Positions 13,017 through 27,600 of a stretch of DNA of 64,000 bases are shown piece by piece. The number at the start of each line of letters is the position of its first letter. The stretch's first letter is position 1. Position numbers and translations under genes: made by a program. This stretch comes from Fonticula alba ATCC 38817 (Eukaryota; Protista; Nucleariida), in the NCBI GenBank assembly GCA_000388065.2, contig KB932201.1; one strand, 5' to 3'. The notes below the pieces were generated by a model. That model was not told the DNA's origin, made no database searches, and saw only the letters and a program-made list of their open reading frames with translations.

Positions 13017-14166
13017 ACTACCCCCCCCCCCCCCCTCTCCCCCTTCTGCGTGGACACCGGCTGGCTCCCTTCGCACCCAAAATGTCCTTGAGTAAAATTG
13101 AAATAGACAGGAGCCCTCCAAGGCGGCGGGTGAGCTTGGCGTCTCCTCCCGCCTGCGCGCCATCCACTTTGATTGCCACGATCATCAGCCAGGCCCCGGA
13201 GCGAGCTCGGCAGGGGAATGCCTCCGAGCAAGGAGATCACCCCCAGTTACAGGACCGCGGATATTCTGGCACATCAGAACGGCAGGTAGTTAAGTATTGA
13301 TCGCGCCTGTATTCTGCGACTTCGTGTAGGTGAGAAGCTCGGCATACTATTCAGCACGGCCGGGGGCTGCACTTGTCCAGGGGTGCCCTGGGCATCTCCG
13401 GGGGGGCCATCAGCACCCTTCGCCCGGATGTGCCGGAGACAAGCGCACGATCCCACCGTCAGGCGAGGGGAGCGCCCTGCTTGAAAGCAGCAGACCCCGC
13501 ACTTTGCCATCCGGTGAAGAACTGCCCGGCCCTCCCTTCCCCGTGTATTGTGTTTTGGTTGCATGCGATTGGGGGAACAACACGCGGAGGGGCACACACT
13601 GCGCAGGCAAGAGACACGACACAGCACTTCGAGGCGGCGGTCGCTCTTTCCCCTGGCCATAGTATGTTCCCTTTGCGCGACAGGGGGGGCAAAAGTTGAG
13701 CAGCCGCGACAGGGAGAGGCGACCGTCGCAGTCTCTGGGCTTTTGCGCAGGCGAGAGAGAGAGAGAGAGAGCGAGGAAGCCTGGCTTTTTTTTTGCCTCG
13801 GCCCGAAAAAGGCGATCGCCTTACGTCTCCCCCCCCCCCCGCAGGCAAGTGAGGAGACGCCTCTCAGCACGACGACGTGCATCTTTTACATTGCGCGGGG
13901 GGAGCCGCTGCCCGCCACACAGGCACATACAGGCACACAGTTCCCCCCCCCTCCCTTGGCGCAGAGCAGAGCAGCAAAAGCAAGACAGGGGAGAAAGATG
14001 ACAAAAAAATGAGAGCATTTTTGTCCTATCTAGGATTGGAGATGAAGTATATTTCACACATCGCAACACAGGCCCTCCATTCGGGGATGGGAAAGAACAC
14101 CCCCGGGCGGAGGAGACGGCACAGCGGGGCGGCGACAACACAGCAAGACAAAGAGTGCGCAGACAC

Positions 14167-15470
14167 TTAGGCAGTGTTGAGCTCCTTGGCCTTGGCGCGC
14201 TCGCGCTTGATGATGGCCTGCTGGGACTTGTAGCCCAGGACACCACCACCCCAGTGGCGGCGGGCCTGTGAACAGCATGCATATATGTCCGGGGGGGGAG
14301 GAGGAGAGAGGAAGGGGAGGGAGAGAGAAGGCACACGCGCGAGGAGGAACGGGGTTAGACAGATGAAAGGGGGCGAAGTGGCCGAGGGGGAGAGAAAAAG
14401 AGGGTCCCACGCGCGCGCGTGCGCGCAAGAGGGCGGGGCGGCACACGGAGGGAGAGAGGAGAGGGCGGGGAGCGCTGTGAACGGACCTCGTCGAAGCGGT
14501 CGTTGTACTTGGCCTTGGCGAGCTGGGTGAGGGTGGCGAGCTCCTGAGCGTCCTCGGGGCGGACGTCGGTGATGGCGAGGGCAGCGGCGTTCTTCATGTG
14601 AACGACAGTGCCGAGGCGAGCCTTGCCCTTGACGATGACGTAGGGGACGTCCATCTTGCGGCAGAGGGCCGGGAGCCAGCAGACGAGCTCAATGGGGTCG
14701 ACGTCGTCGGCGATGACGACGAGCTTGGCCTTCTTAGCCTCGATGAGGGCGGTGACGTGGTTCAGACCGTACTTGACGTAGACGGGCTTGGGGGTAGCCT
14801 CGGGCTCCTTGCCGTCGGCCTTGGCCTGGGCAATAGCCTGGAGGCGGGCCTTCTTCTCAACAGAGGTCTCGGGGCGGTACTTGTTGAGGAGCTTGAACAG
14901 GGAGACGGCTACGTGTGTGTGTGTGCGTGTGTGCGTGTGTGTGTGCCCGGGCGGGAGGAGACGGGGAGGAAGGGGGACATTAGAAAAACTGCCGACCGGC
15001 ACACGGAGAGAGATGGAGAGAGAGAGAGGAGAATCGGATGTAGAATGCATCCGATGGGTGATGAATGGCAGAGACCCTCCCCCATGCGCCCGATGATGAG
15101 GCACAGGCACTCCAGCGTGCGAGATGGCAGACGAGGGGGGAGAAGCAGCAGGAAGGGGGCGTCTCGGGCGAGGGAAAGGGAGAGGGGCACAGGCAGGGGA
15201 GGAAGCCGAATACGCACCACCGTTCTTGTCGAGGGTCTTCTTGAACTGGTTCAGGGTGGGGGGGACCTTGAGGCGGGCCTTGAGGACGGCGCGCTGGCGC
15301 TGAACGCGAATGTACTTGGGCCACTTGACGTAGCGAGTGAGATCGCGAGTGGGCTGGACAGTACCACCGATCGAGAAGTTCTTGGGGCGGGACTCGAAGG
15401 GGGTCTCAGCGCTGGAGGCGGTGGCGGGCATCTTGCCCTTGGTGGCAACCTTAGACTGAGAGGAGGACAT
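14167..15470 (-). CDS. RPL7A: 60S ribosomal protein L7a (eL8), 3 exons
   Basis: Exons 15470-15218, 14908-14487, 14265-14167; [64 protein letters not shown]. Confidence 0.98.
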
Positions 15471-15998
15471 GGCCAGGGGGAGGGGGAGAGGAGGAGAGAG
15501 GAGGCGTCAGAGAGGGAGGAAGAAGAGGCGAGGGCAATCGGCCTGAAGTGGGCGCATATAAAAGGGGAGAGCCGCCACTGTGTCGGGCCGCCAACCGCTG
15601 CCCCCTCTCCCCTCCAGCCAGAGGACCGGAGGAGGGGCCGACTGAATGGACGCGCGCTGCGTGGGAGACACACACACACACACACACGCGCCGCCACCGG
15701 CTCACGGGGGAGAAACCCAACGGCCCCCCATGCGAGGGAGCCCGCGCGCGGGGGAACCCACTCACCCGCGTTCGGGGGCGCGCACAAACGCGCAAGAGGG
15801 GACACGAAAGCGCACGCGGCCCCATCGCATGCTCGACATCATCGAGGTGGGTGTGGCCCGGAGAGGCCACAGGATGGATGGGCGGGCGCGGGGAGGGCTG
15901 CACAGGCACGAGCGGCGAACCAGACACGTCGCGAGGGGCGCGGAATGGCGCGGCGAAAAAGAGGCATGCATAGTGGGCGGAGGGGGGGGGGAGCGAGA

Positions 15999-16045
<47 letters not shown>

Positions 16046-17369
16046 GGGGGGAGAGAAAGCGAACCATTATTGGTAAGCACTCAACGGCGTTGGAACGGCG
16101 AAAACAAATCCAATAATGCTTGAGAGGGAGCGGGCTGGGGTGCCTGGCCGGGGAGGAGAGGCACAAAAATAACCCTCCAGCCGGAGCACAAGGATCCGGC
16201 GCGCAGGCTGCTGGGCACTCTCTCAGCCCCCCCCCCACTCTCTGCCCCCTCCCACCGCCACACGGGGGGCGCGCGCGGACGGGGGCGGGCCGGGGGCGCA
16301 CGGTCACTCCCCCCCCCCTCACCTCCGCCGGGCGCGCCTGTGGTGGGGCGCGCCTCTCTCGGCCTCGGCCAAGTGCGTGGGTCGCGGTGAGTTGGCGCCG
16401 GAGAGGGGCACGGAATGGCAAGCGCACGGGCCGGATAGTCTGAACTTGACGTGTGGGGCCTGACGCGGGTGCCTCGGCCGAAGACCAGGCCAGCCAGGAA
16501 GGCCTTGCATCCCCCCCCCCCCAGACGGATGCGCCGCACTGGACGCCCCTACAACTACCCCCGCCACCCTCCTCCCTGCCCGCCTCGCCCCGCCCGTCGC
16601 GCCCCGTAGCCCCCCGCTCGGGTCGCCCAGCGACCCCCCCTCCAAGGGAAGATCCCGCGCTGGGGAGCGACCCCCCGCACGGTCGAACGGGGGGGGCGCC
16701 CGCGTTGCGTGGCGAGGGGGGGATGGCGTGCGGGATGCGCTGGGGATCGCTGCGATCTCGGTCGGCCAAAGCGGAACTCGCCTCAACAAGAGGTGACGGG
16801 AAGTGCCTCTGCCCTGGGCAGGGGGCGAGGCCCATGTGTGTGCGACGCCGCAGACCAGCAGAAGAGAAGAACATCGACACCAGGCAGCCCATCCGGCCCG
16901 ACGGGGAGAGCACCCCACCTTGGCACGCACCACCCTACACCGATCCTCCTGTGTTCAGTGCTCGCGACGGAGCCGGCTGCCGAGTGGCCGCCCCCCCCCC
17001 TTCCCGAGGACGGACCAAAGCACCAAGAAGCAGTGACTCCTATCCTGGCCGGCTCCTGAAGACAACGCACGATGGGGGGGAGGGGGGTCAGAGAGCAAGC
17101 GGGGGGTCAGAGAGCAAGCATGTGCATGTAGGACGTGCTCAGTTCCCCCCCCCCCCGCCCTGGAGACCCCGCGAACCTGGAGGCCCTTTACGTAAAATGA
17201 ATAGAACATCCAAGCAGCGCCCCCGGGGCCATCCTTCAGGAACCATCGCTCAGGGTCGCCTGCCTCCAGAGCATGGGTGCGGTGCGCAACGCTCCTGGGT
17301 GAGAAAGAGGGAAAGGCCCCTCGTCGGCCCGAAACTCGAGCCTAAAAAGGAGTATTTATTAATACGTAA

Positions 17370-17530
17370 TATCGAAAGGGGGAGCTTCAGCATCTCGCGA
17401 GACGTGATCTGGTCCCATCAGACTCCCGAGGGTTATTGCACCTTGATTCCTAACCCCAGGCCGTGACCCTCAGAATGGTCATGGCAATCCTCGCCCCTAC
17501 GTCTGAGGGGTGGTTACATGTATTTCCGCG
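17370..17530 (+). mobile_element. Possible degenerate tyrosine-recombinase fragment (box I-like)
   Basis: Lower-GC island; frame reads *YRKGELQHLARRDLV...*...WLHVFP, resembling RxGELxxLxxxD; interrupted by stops. Confidence 0.25.
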
Positions 17531-18102
17531 GTCTGCGCGTGCGTGCGCCGCCACGCAGGCGTGGGCGGGTTTAATACCGGACATTCTGGGATATCCTCCC
17601 CCCCCCCCCCCCCGCCTGTGTCCTCTTCTTCACCACCGAGTTCGCCGCGCGGTGCAAGCCAGTCCCTGCCACGCGCGGCGCAATACAAAAACGCCCTAGG
17701 TACGGGCCCTTCGGTGCTTGTGCGCGACCGAGGGCAAACCTGAAACGGCACATTACGGGTCTCTCTCCTGTGAGGTAGAGGCAGAGGCAGGGGGGGGAGG
17801 GGGGACTGGTGTTCTTTCTCACACCAGACGAATGCCCTGCGACGGAGCACGACCCCGATGGCATGTTCCGGGGCCCACGCGCGTGGGCTCTTCCCCCCCC
17901 CCCCTCCCCCCCTGCCGGGAGGAGAGACACATGCGTGGGGGCGCGGACGGGGGGGTGCCGCCCGCGAGTGTCTTGCCATATTTTCGTCTTCTCGGGCGCT
18001 TCGGCTTCCGGCCCTCTCTCTCCCCCCCCCCCACCTCTGGCGGGCTTTGCTCTGGCCGACCCCGAGCGCAGAGCACCCCCCGAATGCAGCATGGCCCTCG
18101 AG

Positions 18103-18110
18103 TATATAAA
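18103..18110 (+). promoter_or_regulatory. Putative TATA box of the ubiquitin-S27a gene
   Basis: TATATAAA about 100 nt upstream of the 5'UTR intron donor, in otherwise very GC-rich sequence. Confidence 0.5.
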
Positions 18111-18187
18111 CCGGCGCCTGCTGGCCCTGAGCGCCAGCCCTTCCGGTCCCAGCCATCCATCCTATGACAGCTCTCCCAGATAGCTAA

Positions 18188-19024
<837 letters not shown>

Positions 19025-20156
19025 GTGCCCCCTCCTTCCCCCCCCGGTGGAGATACTTCCTTCCTTGAGCGAGAGAGGCGTGTGCCTTCACTCTCCTGCC
19101 TTGCGCACGTGCATTGAGTGGCTCTCCCTCTCTCCCCCCCACTGCCACACAATGCTCGAGTCCCTTTCCCTTGTCCTGCCCCCGTGCGCATCTCCCCCTC
19201 TTCCGCGCGCCCCCTCCCCCCTCCTTCGGGAGAGACGCAGAGGGAGTGAGCATGCGTGCGTGCCGGTTGCCGTCCAATAAATTGGCTCGTTGTGTGCAGG
19301 CGCACTGGCCTCCCTTTCCCCTTTCCAGGGGCCGGGGGGGACTGGGCCGCCTGCACGCGCGTGCGTTTGACAAACACGCCGCCCCCCCCCCCTCCCTTTG
19401 TGTGTCCTTTGTTTTTCGCCCCTTTCCTGCGGGGTGTTGTCCCCGGTCTCTCCCCCCGTTCTTGTGTGTTTCTCCTCGCCGCGTGTGTCTTCTTTTCTTT
19501 TCGGGGCTCCTGTGGTTGTGGCTCCTGGTGTGTGTGTCTCTCTCTCTCTCTCTCTCTACTCCCCCCTGTGTATGTGGGTTGCACATGAGACACGACACAC
19601 CAGCCCCCATCTTGGGCGGCGACCCACGCGACCCTCCCAGGCGTTTGCGCATTTTCTCTTTCCCCCCTTTTGCCAGAGGCTCCTCCAATCACATCCATCA
19701 CCTGGCAAGGGCGCGCGTGTAGGCTGGGGGGGGGGGGGGGGGCGCGGGGAAGGCCTGTCGGGGAGTGATGAAGTCATCTATTTTGAAGTATGGCAGGATT
19801 TTTACAACCAGGCATGTGCGTATATGCATGCGTACATGTGCGCACATGCATGGCCGGGCGCAACACGCGGTGTTGTGTATGTGCCCCCCCACAAGGCGAT
19901 ACACGCACATATTGCACGGCTTTATAATTGCAAAGGGAGAAAGGGGGACAGAGAACATAGGGGAGGAGAGGGGATGGAAGACGGCAGCCGGGAGGGGGGG
20001 GGGGAGGGGGGTGCATCTTTCCCACTTGTCCACCCAAGGCTGACATGGTTTGCCTCTGCACCCGGCAAGACAGACACCCATGCATACACGCATGTGGACA
20101 TTTTCTCGCGGGGCCGCCACGCACGGAGGTCTGCCCGTGAACTCTCGTCACTTTAC

Positions 20157-21618
20157 TCAGATCTGGGCCGAGCCCCAGCCGAAGGCACGGCGGATGGACT
20201 CGAAGACGCCCTGGTTCCAGCAGGCACGCACGCGCTCCTGGTCCTCACGGCACACACCGACCAGCTTGACGGTCACCTTGGTCGGAGACCCAGGGCGCTC
20301 GCCAGGCACCAGGGTGATCTTGGCGTCGGCCGCCTGCGAGGCAGGCCACGAGCTCAGACGCCACTTCTGAATGATGGTCCCCGGGCGGTCGAGGGAAACC
20401 ATCTCCCCAGCAACGCTGCCATTCAGCAGGGTGAAGGGGGCGCCCTCCACCGGGGACAGAACCACACCGTTCTGGGCCCAGGGGCGCGCGCGCTCGGCCC
20501 GAGTGAACACATCGAAGATTTCCTCCGGCGGGGCCAGCAGATCAGCGGTCACCGTCACCGAGACAGTGTCCTTGGCGGCGGGCTTCTTGGCAGCAGCCGG
20601 GGCCGGGGCCGTCGAGGCCGCCGTGGCCGCAGCCGGAACCGGGGTGGGAGCAGCGGCCTTCGGCGCGGCCGGCAGGTCCCCCGAGGAGGTCGAGTGGGTC
20701 GGCAGCAGGACACTCCCGGTGAATTGGACCTTCAGGTCCTCCATGAAGGCACCGATCAGGAAGCCAACCACGGCACCGAGAACATCCCGGCGAACCAGCT
20801 GGCGCAGCTTGGTTGCGTGCGGCGAGCTGCCGGTCACGGTGATATTGAACTGAGCCGGAGGGACCAGGCCCAGGGGGAGGGGAGGCACGACAAAGGGAGG
20901 GTGCGGAGCAGCGAGCATAGGCGGTCAGTCCGGTTGCTTGGTGGAAGGGGAGGGGCCGCACAGGATGGCCGGGCATTGGGCAGCGTTGTGAGGCACACGC
21001 ACATCGGCATCGCTGGCAGTCTCCTCCTGATTGAAGTCCATGAGCTTCAGATTGCCGGAAACCGTAGTCTCAGGATCACTTGCCAGAGTGGCTGTGTCAC
21101 AATGTCGGGGGTCAGCTTAATGGAGGACGAGAGGGCGCATGATCGGCGAGAGGGGAAGAGGGAGGAGGGAAATGCACGCACCCTTCCACTGGAAGTTCAG
21201 GGTCAGGTCGAAGATCGTGCGAATGCGCCCCTTGCGGTTGATGAGCGACACATCGCCCTCGACCTTCTCCAGGGACTTGATCAGGAAAGTCCACTCGGGG
21301 TCCGAGCTCGGCACCTCGAGCTGGGTGAAGTGCTTGCCGAGATGCTCGCTCGCCCAGGGGTAGACATTAGTCTCGGACCTGGGAATAGACGTCTTGGGGT
21401 GTTAGGGGGGAGCGGGCCGCGCCAGACGGGGCGAAGGGGGAGTGTGTGTGTGTGTGTGTGTGTGGGGGGGGGGGGGGGGAGGGTGCAGGCGCAGGTTCTC
21501 ATGTTGGGGGTGTGCTTCCATGTGTGGGCCCTACGCACCAGTGCCAGTTGTTGACATTCGTGCTGTCCGGACGCTCCTCGACGATCCAACGAGGGTCACC
21601 TTGGCCCCACTTGGCCAT
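20157..21618 (-). CDS. AHA1: Activator of Hsp90 ATPase AHA1, 4 exons
   Basis: Exons 21618-21539, 21378-21182, 21091-21003, 20849-20157; MAKWGQGDPRWIVEERPDSTNVNNWHW, VEGDVSLINRKG, and a C-terminal AHSA1/START-like domain (IIQKWRLSSWP...WNQGVFESIRRAFGW). Confidence 0.97.
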
Positions 21619-21908
21619 TTTTGTTGATGCGTATGTGGGAGGGGGAGGGAGGCAGAAAGACAGAGGGGGAAGAGTGATGGGGGGGAATGGGGAGCCCTGC
21701 GCGCCGCAGGGCCCCCCACCTGCGCGCCCTTTTAACTACCTGCCACCAGATGCGGCCACATGCGCCCGCGCGTGCCGGGTGGCGACGCCTCACCAGCGCC
21801 CAACAGGCAGCTCGAGGGGCAAGAGCTGCGGCCCCTCTCTCAAGCAAGGGTGTATTTGTGAGTTTGTCCATGTGCGCGAGAGAGAGTGTGTGTGCGTGTG
21901 AGGGGGGG

Positions 21909-22230
21909 NNNNNNNNNNNNNNNNNNNNNNNNNNNNNNNNNNNNNNNNNNNNNNNNNNNNNNNNNNNNNNNNNNNNNNNNNNNNNNNNNNNNNNNNNNNN
22001 NNNNNNNNNNNNNNNNNNNNNNNNNNNNNNNNNNNNNNNNNNNNNNNNNNNNNNNNNNNNNNNNNNNNNNNNNNNNNNNNNNNNNNNNNNNNNNNNNNNN
22101 NNNNNNNNNNNNNNNNNNNNNNNNNNNNNNNNNNNNNNNNNNNNNNNNNNNNNNNNNNNNNNNNNNNNNNNNNNNNNNNNNNNNNNNNNNNNNNNNNNNN
22201 NNNNNNNNNNNNNNNNNNNNNNNNNNNNNN
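21909..22230. other. Largest assembly gap (others: 9973-10025, 23272-23352, 33689-33787, 42721-42749, 44144-44213, 46626-46776, 61492-61562)
   Basis: N runs, most bordered by G/C homopolymers. Confidence 0.99.
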
Positions 22231-24644
22231 CCCGCCAGCGCCCCCCGCCCCCCCCCCTCGAGACGCCTGGGTGCATCACGAAGAAAATGGAAAAAGCAAG
22301 ACCCAGCAGAGAATGAACAAAGGCCTCTCCCTCCCGCGCGGTTCCTTCGCCAACCCAGGGAAGAGGGGGGTGTCAAGCGACAATCCCGCGTTCGGACGAG
22401 CGCCGGAAAATGCTGGAAGCTCTTGAGCAACAGGCCGGTGGCTGCACCACGCCCAGTGGTCCCGGCCGGGAGAGCGCACATCGACGCATGCATGCATGCG
22501 TGCATGCATGTTTGCAAGGTGTGTCGCACCTCAAAGAGCGACCGGCCCGTGGCGATATCAGCCAGCATGGGGGCCGGTCTCTGTCGGGTTGTTCTCTTTC
22601 CTGGCGTTTCCCAGCGCAAGGGGGCCGGGGCGGGGTGAAACGCGCCCCGGGCGATACGGAGTGACCCGGGTCTGATCACATGTCCGCATCATGACCAGGG
22701 AATGCTTAATTGGGAATATCGTGGATTTCCCCTCTTTCCTCCGTTGGCGCTTCCGCCCCCTCGCCCCCTGCTTCCGGCGATCGGAGCGGGTGCGGCACGG
22801 CCACTGACAGCTTGGGGAGGGACGCGAGGGGGGGGGCGGGGGGCGGGGGGCTTGGTGGTATCTTTCCGCGAGTAAGGGCAGCGTCTGAACTCCCGAGAAT
22901 GCTTGGAAGATGCCAGACCCCCCTCAGAGCTCCCTTGCACTGCCTTTGCGTTTCTCGAGCACCAGCGGCGGTCATGACAAAGGGGAGGGGTTTTCTTGCG
23001 TCCTGTGTGAATGGGGGCATCCGTTCCCTGGCTCCAGGCATACACAACTGTGCCCTCCTCCACCCTTAATCAGAGAGGTGGGAGGGAGTAATTTGTCCCT
23101 CCCCTTGACCGCACAGGCGCTTGTCCTTCGGGCCCGTCTTCCGCTCGTTCCGACACCCGAGCAGGTCGTTCCTCCGGAGGTCGTTCCGCCCGAGGTCGCT
23201 CCTGCGCTGGCTTCACGATGCCAACGATCACCTGCGGACACTGACTTGAGAGTTGTGGATGGCTCGGGGGGNNNNNNNNNNNNNNNNNNNNNNNNNNNNN
23301 NNNNNNNNNNNNNNNNNNNNNNNNNNNNNNNNNNNNNNNNNNNNNNNNNNNNCCCCCCCCCCACGGCCCGTGCCACATCTAACCATTTTGTGGCACCTTG
23401 GCTGAAGGCCCAAGCTCATGATCAGGGGTCGTGCGATGTGCGAATTCGTCCTGCCACTGCGCCCATGTGGTGAGCTCCGGCGGGCCGGTCCCATCCACCT
23501 GCGCTTATGCCCGGCGGCTCGAGCGCGAGGGCCCTGTGGGGGCTGCTTGCTGGGAGGACGACCAGTCACACGGCACGGTCGAAGTACCTCACCCCCTTCC
23601 GTGCGATCCGACTGTCCCTGCCCATCTTCCACCCTTCCACGAGCTGGTGATATGGTCATGGAGCGACATTGTCATCTCGGTGGTATTCTCGTCCGACGCT
23701 CACTGGCGAGGCTCCCCGGCATACCACAGCCAGGGATACCCCCGTTTCCTCTCTCCCGATCCTGTGCCCCCAAAGTCTTGGGTGTACACCACATGAAGGG
23801 GGGCGATGGTGTATAGGGGCATGATAGAGCGGCAAGGCCTGGCGCCACGTCCGAACGAGTGTCCTCCAATTAGACACGTGAGGCGGAGGGGGGTGGCGGT
23901 GGTGGTGGTGGTGGGAGGGGGACGGCAGTTACAGACATCCACCACCTCTGCGAGGGGACGGGGGGTATCCATGCCAACAACGACACCCGCCCTCGTCGCC
24001 AGAGGTCGGAAAACTGTGACGCATGCCACCCCAAGGGAATGCACTTCCCTTGACCTGGCTGTTTGTTTAAACGCGCCTGCCCTGGTACTGGCCCCAGTCT
24101 GCGACAATCTGCCGAGTCTCCTGGCGTGTGCACACGCCGTGCGCACCTCGGCGACGCCGGGGCGCATCGCTTTTCGGGCCCCCAGAGGCTGCAACCTTTC
24201 CAGGTCCGGCAAGCAGCACGCTACAAGTACCAATGGGTAGGGGGGCAAGGACATGGGATCTAGCTTCAGGGGCCGAGGGGCGTGGGTGGGCTCGCGGTGG
24301 CGGGTGACGCCGGGCCGAGCACAAGGGCCCTTGCTCGGGGGGTTGTGGGGTAAGTGCGGGTGTCAGATCGCGGCTTTTATTTTTGAAAGCCCACAATTGC
24401 CTCTAGTCTCTTGTAACCACCTCCCTCCGTCCCGTCTACCTCTGCCCTTCCTCCCTCCTCGCTGTGGCCGATCTCGTGCCGCCTTTTTTTTTTTTCAAAA
24501 GTAAGAGCGGACTTCAAGACCTGCGAAAAGGAATATCCCCCTCCACCGAAAGAGCCCACCCTCGACTTTCGCTGTTGCCCCCTCTCCGGTTTCTCGTTTT
24601 GCTACCTCTCTGGCCGCCAGTGGCCCACCTGCGGGGAGCGAGCC

Positions 24645-27600
24645 ATGGAGGACTCTTTCGACGTCCTCAGCTTCGACGACGAGTATTCCCACCTCTACCA
24701 GGAGCCGCTGGCGACTGATGAATATGCCCAAGAAGAGACGCCACTTGACCCGATAGGTGAGACCTGGTACCCTTTCGATCTTTTTCATGGCAAGCGCCTG
24801 GCCCGCCGAGAGTTACTTCCTCGGCCGGGGTCCCGCCCCGCCACGCGCCTCCCTTGCTCTCCTTGGATGCACATCCTTCCCCTTGCTCGCCATTACATGC
24901 TGACACCCTCCCACGGCAAAATTCTTATCGGAGCCAGACGGCGATTCATGCACCGACCTTTATGACCTGCAGAGTCGCGGCGATACCCTCGCAGGTTATC
25001 CCGGCCTGGGGTCAGCAGGTGGGACAGATGCCCCGGCCGAGCGTAAATTCTATCCCAGACACAAGCCAACTTCCAAGGGTTATTCCCGCCCGCCCAGCAC
25101 GACGTCACCGGCCCCGCCGCCCGGTGCGCCGCCGCGCGTGGTCACCGTGGACTTCAAGTGCCTCTCGCCGTCTAATCTGGCCGAGATGGTGCGTGCCGAC
25201 ACCCTGGCTCTCTCTTCCACGCTGGCCATCGACGAGGACATCGCTCTGTTGCTGCTGCTCTGCACTCCCAATGCCACCTGGCAGAGGGACAAGATTCTGG
25301 AAAAGTACTTCGACTCCTCGGAGTCGCTGGTGAAGCAGGTGCGAGCTTGACGACCCCCATGGTGATCCTGCGTATGGGCAGGACACTGGGCCGTCTGCCG
25401 GGGCTCGTGCTCCTTCTCCCCGGTCGCCACACTCACGCTCGCCTTCTCTTCACGCCCCTATTCAGCTGAATCTCGACACCGCCGACACGCTGCCTGAGAT
25501 CGAGTATTTCAACTCGCCAAGTAATCCCAACGAGCAGCTGTGTGACATTTGTGCGGACTACCCCTCGGGCCCCTTTCTTAAAATGATGCCCTGCCAGCAT
25601 ACATATTGCCTGAACAACTGCTGGAAGGCGTATCTCCGTGGTGCGTGGCGGCCTTCTCGGCGGGGCTCGGCGCCCCTCTTTCGCGCTTGTTCGCCTTGCT
25701 CCTCCCCCCCTCTCTCTCCCCCCCCCCCGTGCCAGCCAGCTGCCCGTCTAATGGACCTCGCGGTTTTGTGTGCCATGTCCACGCCTGGGCTTATCCTTCT
25801 CTCGCCGAAGGCCATATTTCCTCCGGCCTGGCGGTCATCTCGTGCATGGCCTGCTCGCATAAGATGTCAGCCTCGACCATTCGCCTGATCTGCGACGCCG
25901 AGGATTGGGAAAAGTGCGTGCCTCGGATGTCGACCGATGGCTTTGAATGCGCCGCATTGCAGCCTGCTGCCCTAAGATGCGCCTCATTCTGACCGAGGCC
26001 GAGCTCGTCTCCCAGCTACGTGCACAACATGGTCCGGACGTACTTGATCGCCAACAGGCGGACCATTCGGCCCTGCCCCACGCCCGATTGTACCCAGGTT
26101 TTTCGTTGGTCATTGGCCAGCAACAACTTGGAGATGGACAGCAGCGTGCCGATCGTCGCCTGCAATCGCTGCCACAAGTCCATGTGCTTCTAGTGCGTCG
26201 AGTCGCTTTTGCTCGCCCCCTCTCGGGCTGTCCGCGCATGATGGAGCCATGTGCCAAGGGGCCCGCCATGGATCTGACCCGCGTGCCTCGCTGCGAGATC
26301 CAGCTGCTCCATTGAGGGTGACCACCGACCGACCCCCTGCATACTGGCCCAAAAGTGGAAGGACCAATACCAAGAGGACTCCGGCAGTGCTTTGTGGATT
26401 GCCACCAACACGCGCGAATGTCCCAAGTGTCATGCCTCCATCGAAAAGTTTGGCGGCTGTAATCACATCAGCTGCAAGGTACACCCGCTCGCCGAGACGC
26501 CCCCCGCCCGCCTCCGGCTCCCTCCTCGATGCACCAGCCGATGTGTTTGCTCGCTGACAATCTCGCCCTTCCCGCGCCCCCCTTGTGCCCGCCCTTCGGC
26601 CCCCTCGGCCGACGCGATTGCAGTCCTGCCACCACGACTTCTGTTGGGTATGCTTCATGCCCTGGTCCTTGCATTCGCACGCATACGCCTGCAATCGGTA
26701 CAATGGCTTGGATGCCGGGAACAAAAACAGCCAATCCCGCTCGCGTGTGGCGCTGGACAGATACGTCCATTACTTCACCCGGTACAGCAACCATCGAAAT
26801 AGCGCGCGCATGGAACGCAAGACCGCTTTCAGCTATGTGCACACACGCATGGCCCGGCTGCAGGCTCGTGCAGATTACACATGGATCGAGGTGCAATTCC
26901 TGCTGGACGCCGCGCACATGCTGCTCAGCTGTCGCGACACCCTGGCCTGGTCGTATGCCTTCGCGCACTATCTCGACCCACAGAGCAACTATACGTTGAT
27001 CTTTGAGTCGAACCAGCGCGACTTGGAGTATGCCGTTGAGTCCCTCAGCCGGCTGCTGGAATACCGCGACGCCACGGCCTATGAGATGCCCGTTGGGGTC
27101 GGCAGCGGTGGCGGCGGCAGTAGCAGCAGCAGCAGCAGCGGCAGCAACAGCACCAGCGGTGTATTGAGCGGTGGTGGCAATGCCAGCGGCGGCGGGTCAC
27201 TTCCCCGTGGCAATCCCCGACCTGGGGCCCCCACCTCCGACAAGGAGACCAAGGCCAATGGCGGCTTGGAGAGCGCGACCCCTTCAGCCATGTCCCCTGG
27301 CCTGAAGACGGGCAACAGCGACACTCTAATGCCGACCGCCGAGGAAGCCAACCCGCCAGCCGGCCATGCAGCCGGCGTCCAAAAGCCCAGTGCACGCGAT
27401 AGCGACCTCCCATCTGGGACAAGCCATCCCGGGAAGGCGGCTGCCCCGGAGCAAGATCACCCGGTCGAGGGTCCATCCAGTAATCGCCATGCCCGCACCA
27501 ATTCCACAAGCAGCAGGGTGTTGGAGATGCGTGCCCAGCCTTCCCCGCGGCTGCTGGCCGTCGGCTCGGGTCACCATATGCCCCACGGTTTGGGCGGAGG

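Noticed and set aside
13311-13346. ILRLRVGEKLGI, loosely YR box I-like
   Set aside because: Weak match lacking the downstream L..D; stop immediately upstream.
14598-16076. 492-aa + strand ORF, and similar antisense ORFs over DDX6, SAPS, SEC31 and RPS27A
   Set aside because: Antisense shadows of codon-biased real genes on the opposite strand.
17425-17460. ATTGCAC resembling U1 snRNA loop II
   Set aside because: No ATACTTACCTG 5' end, no GATCAC loop I on this strand, no Sm site.
23431-23796. Short ORF with PPF..IVISVV..W, faintly like the DIRS methyltransferase-like domain
   Set aside because: Too degenerate; no DLFA or other anchoring motif.
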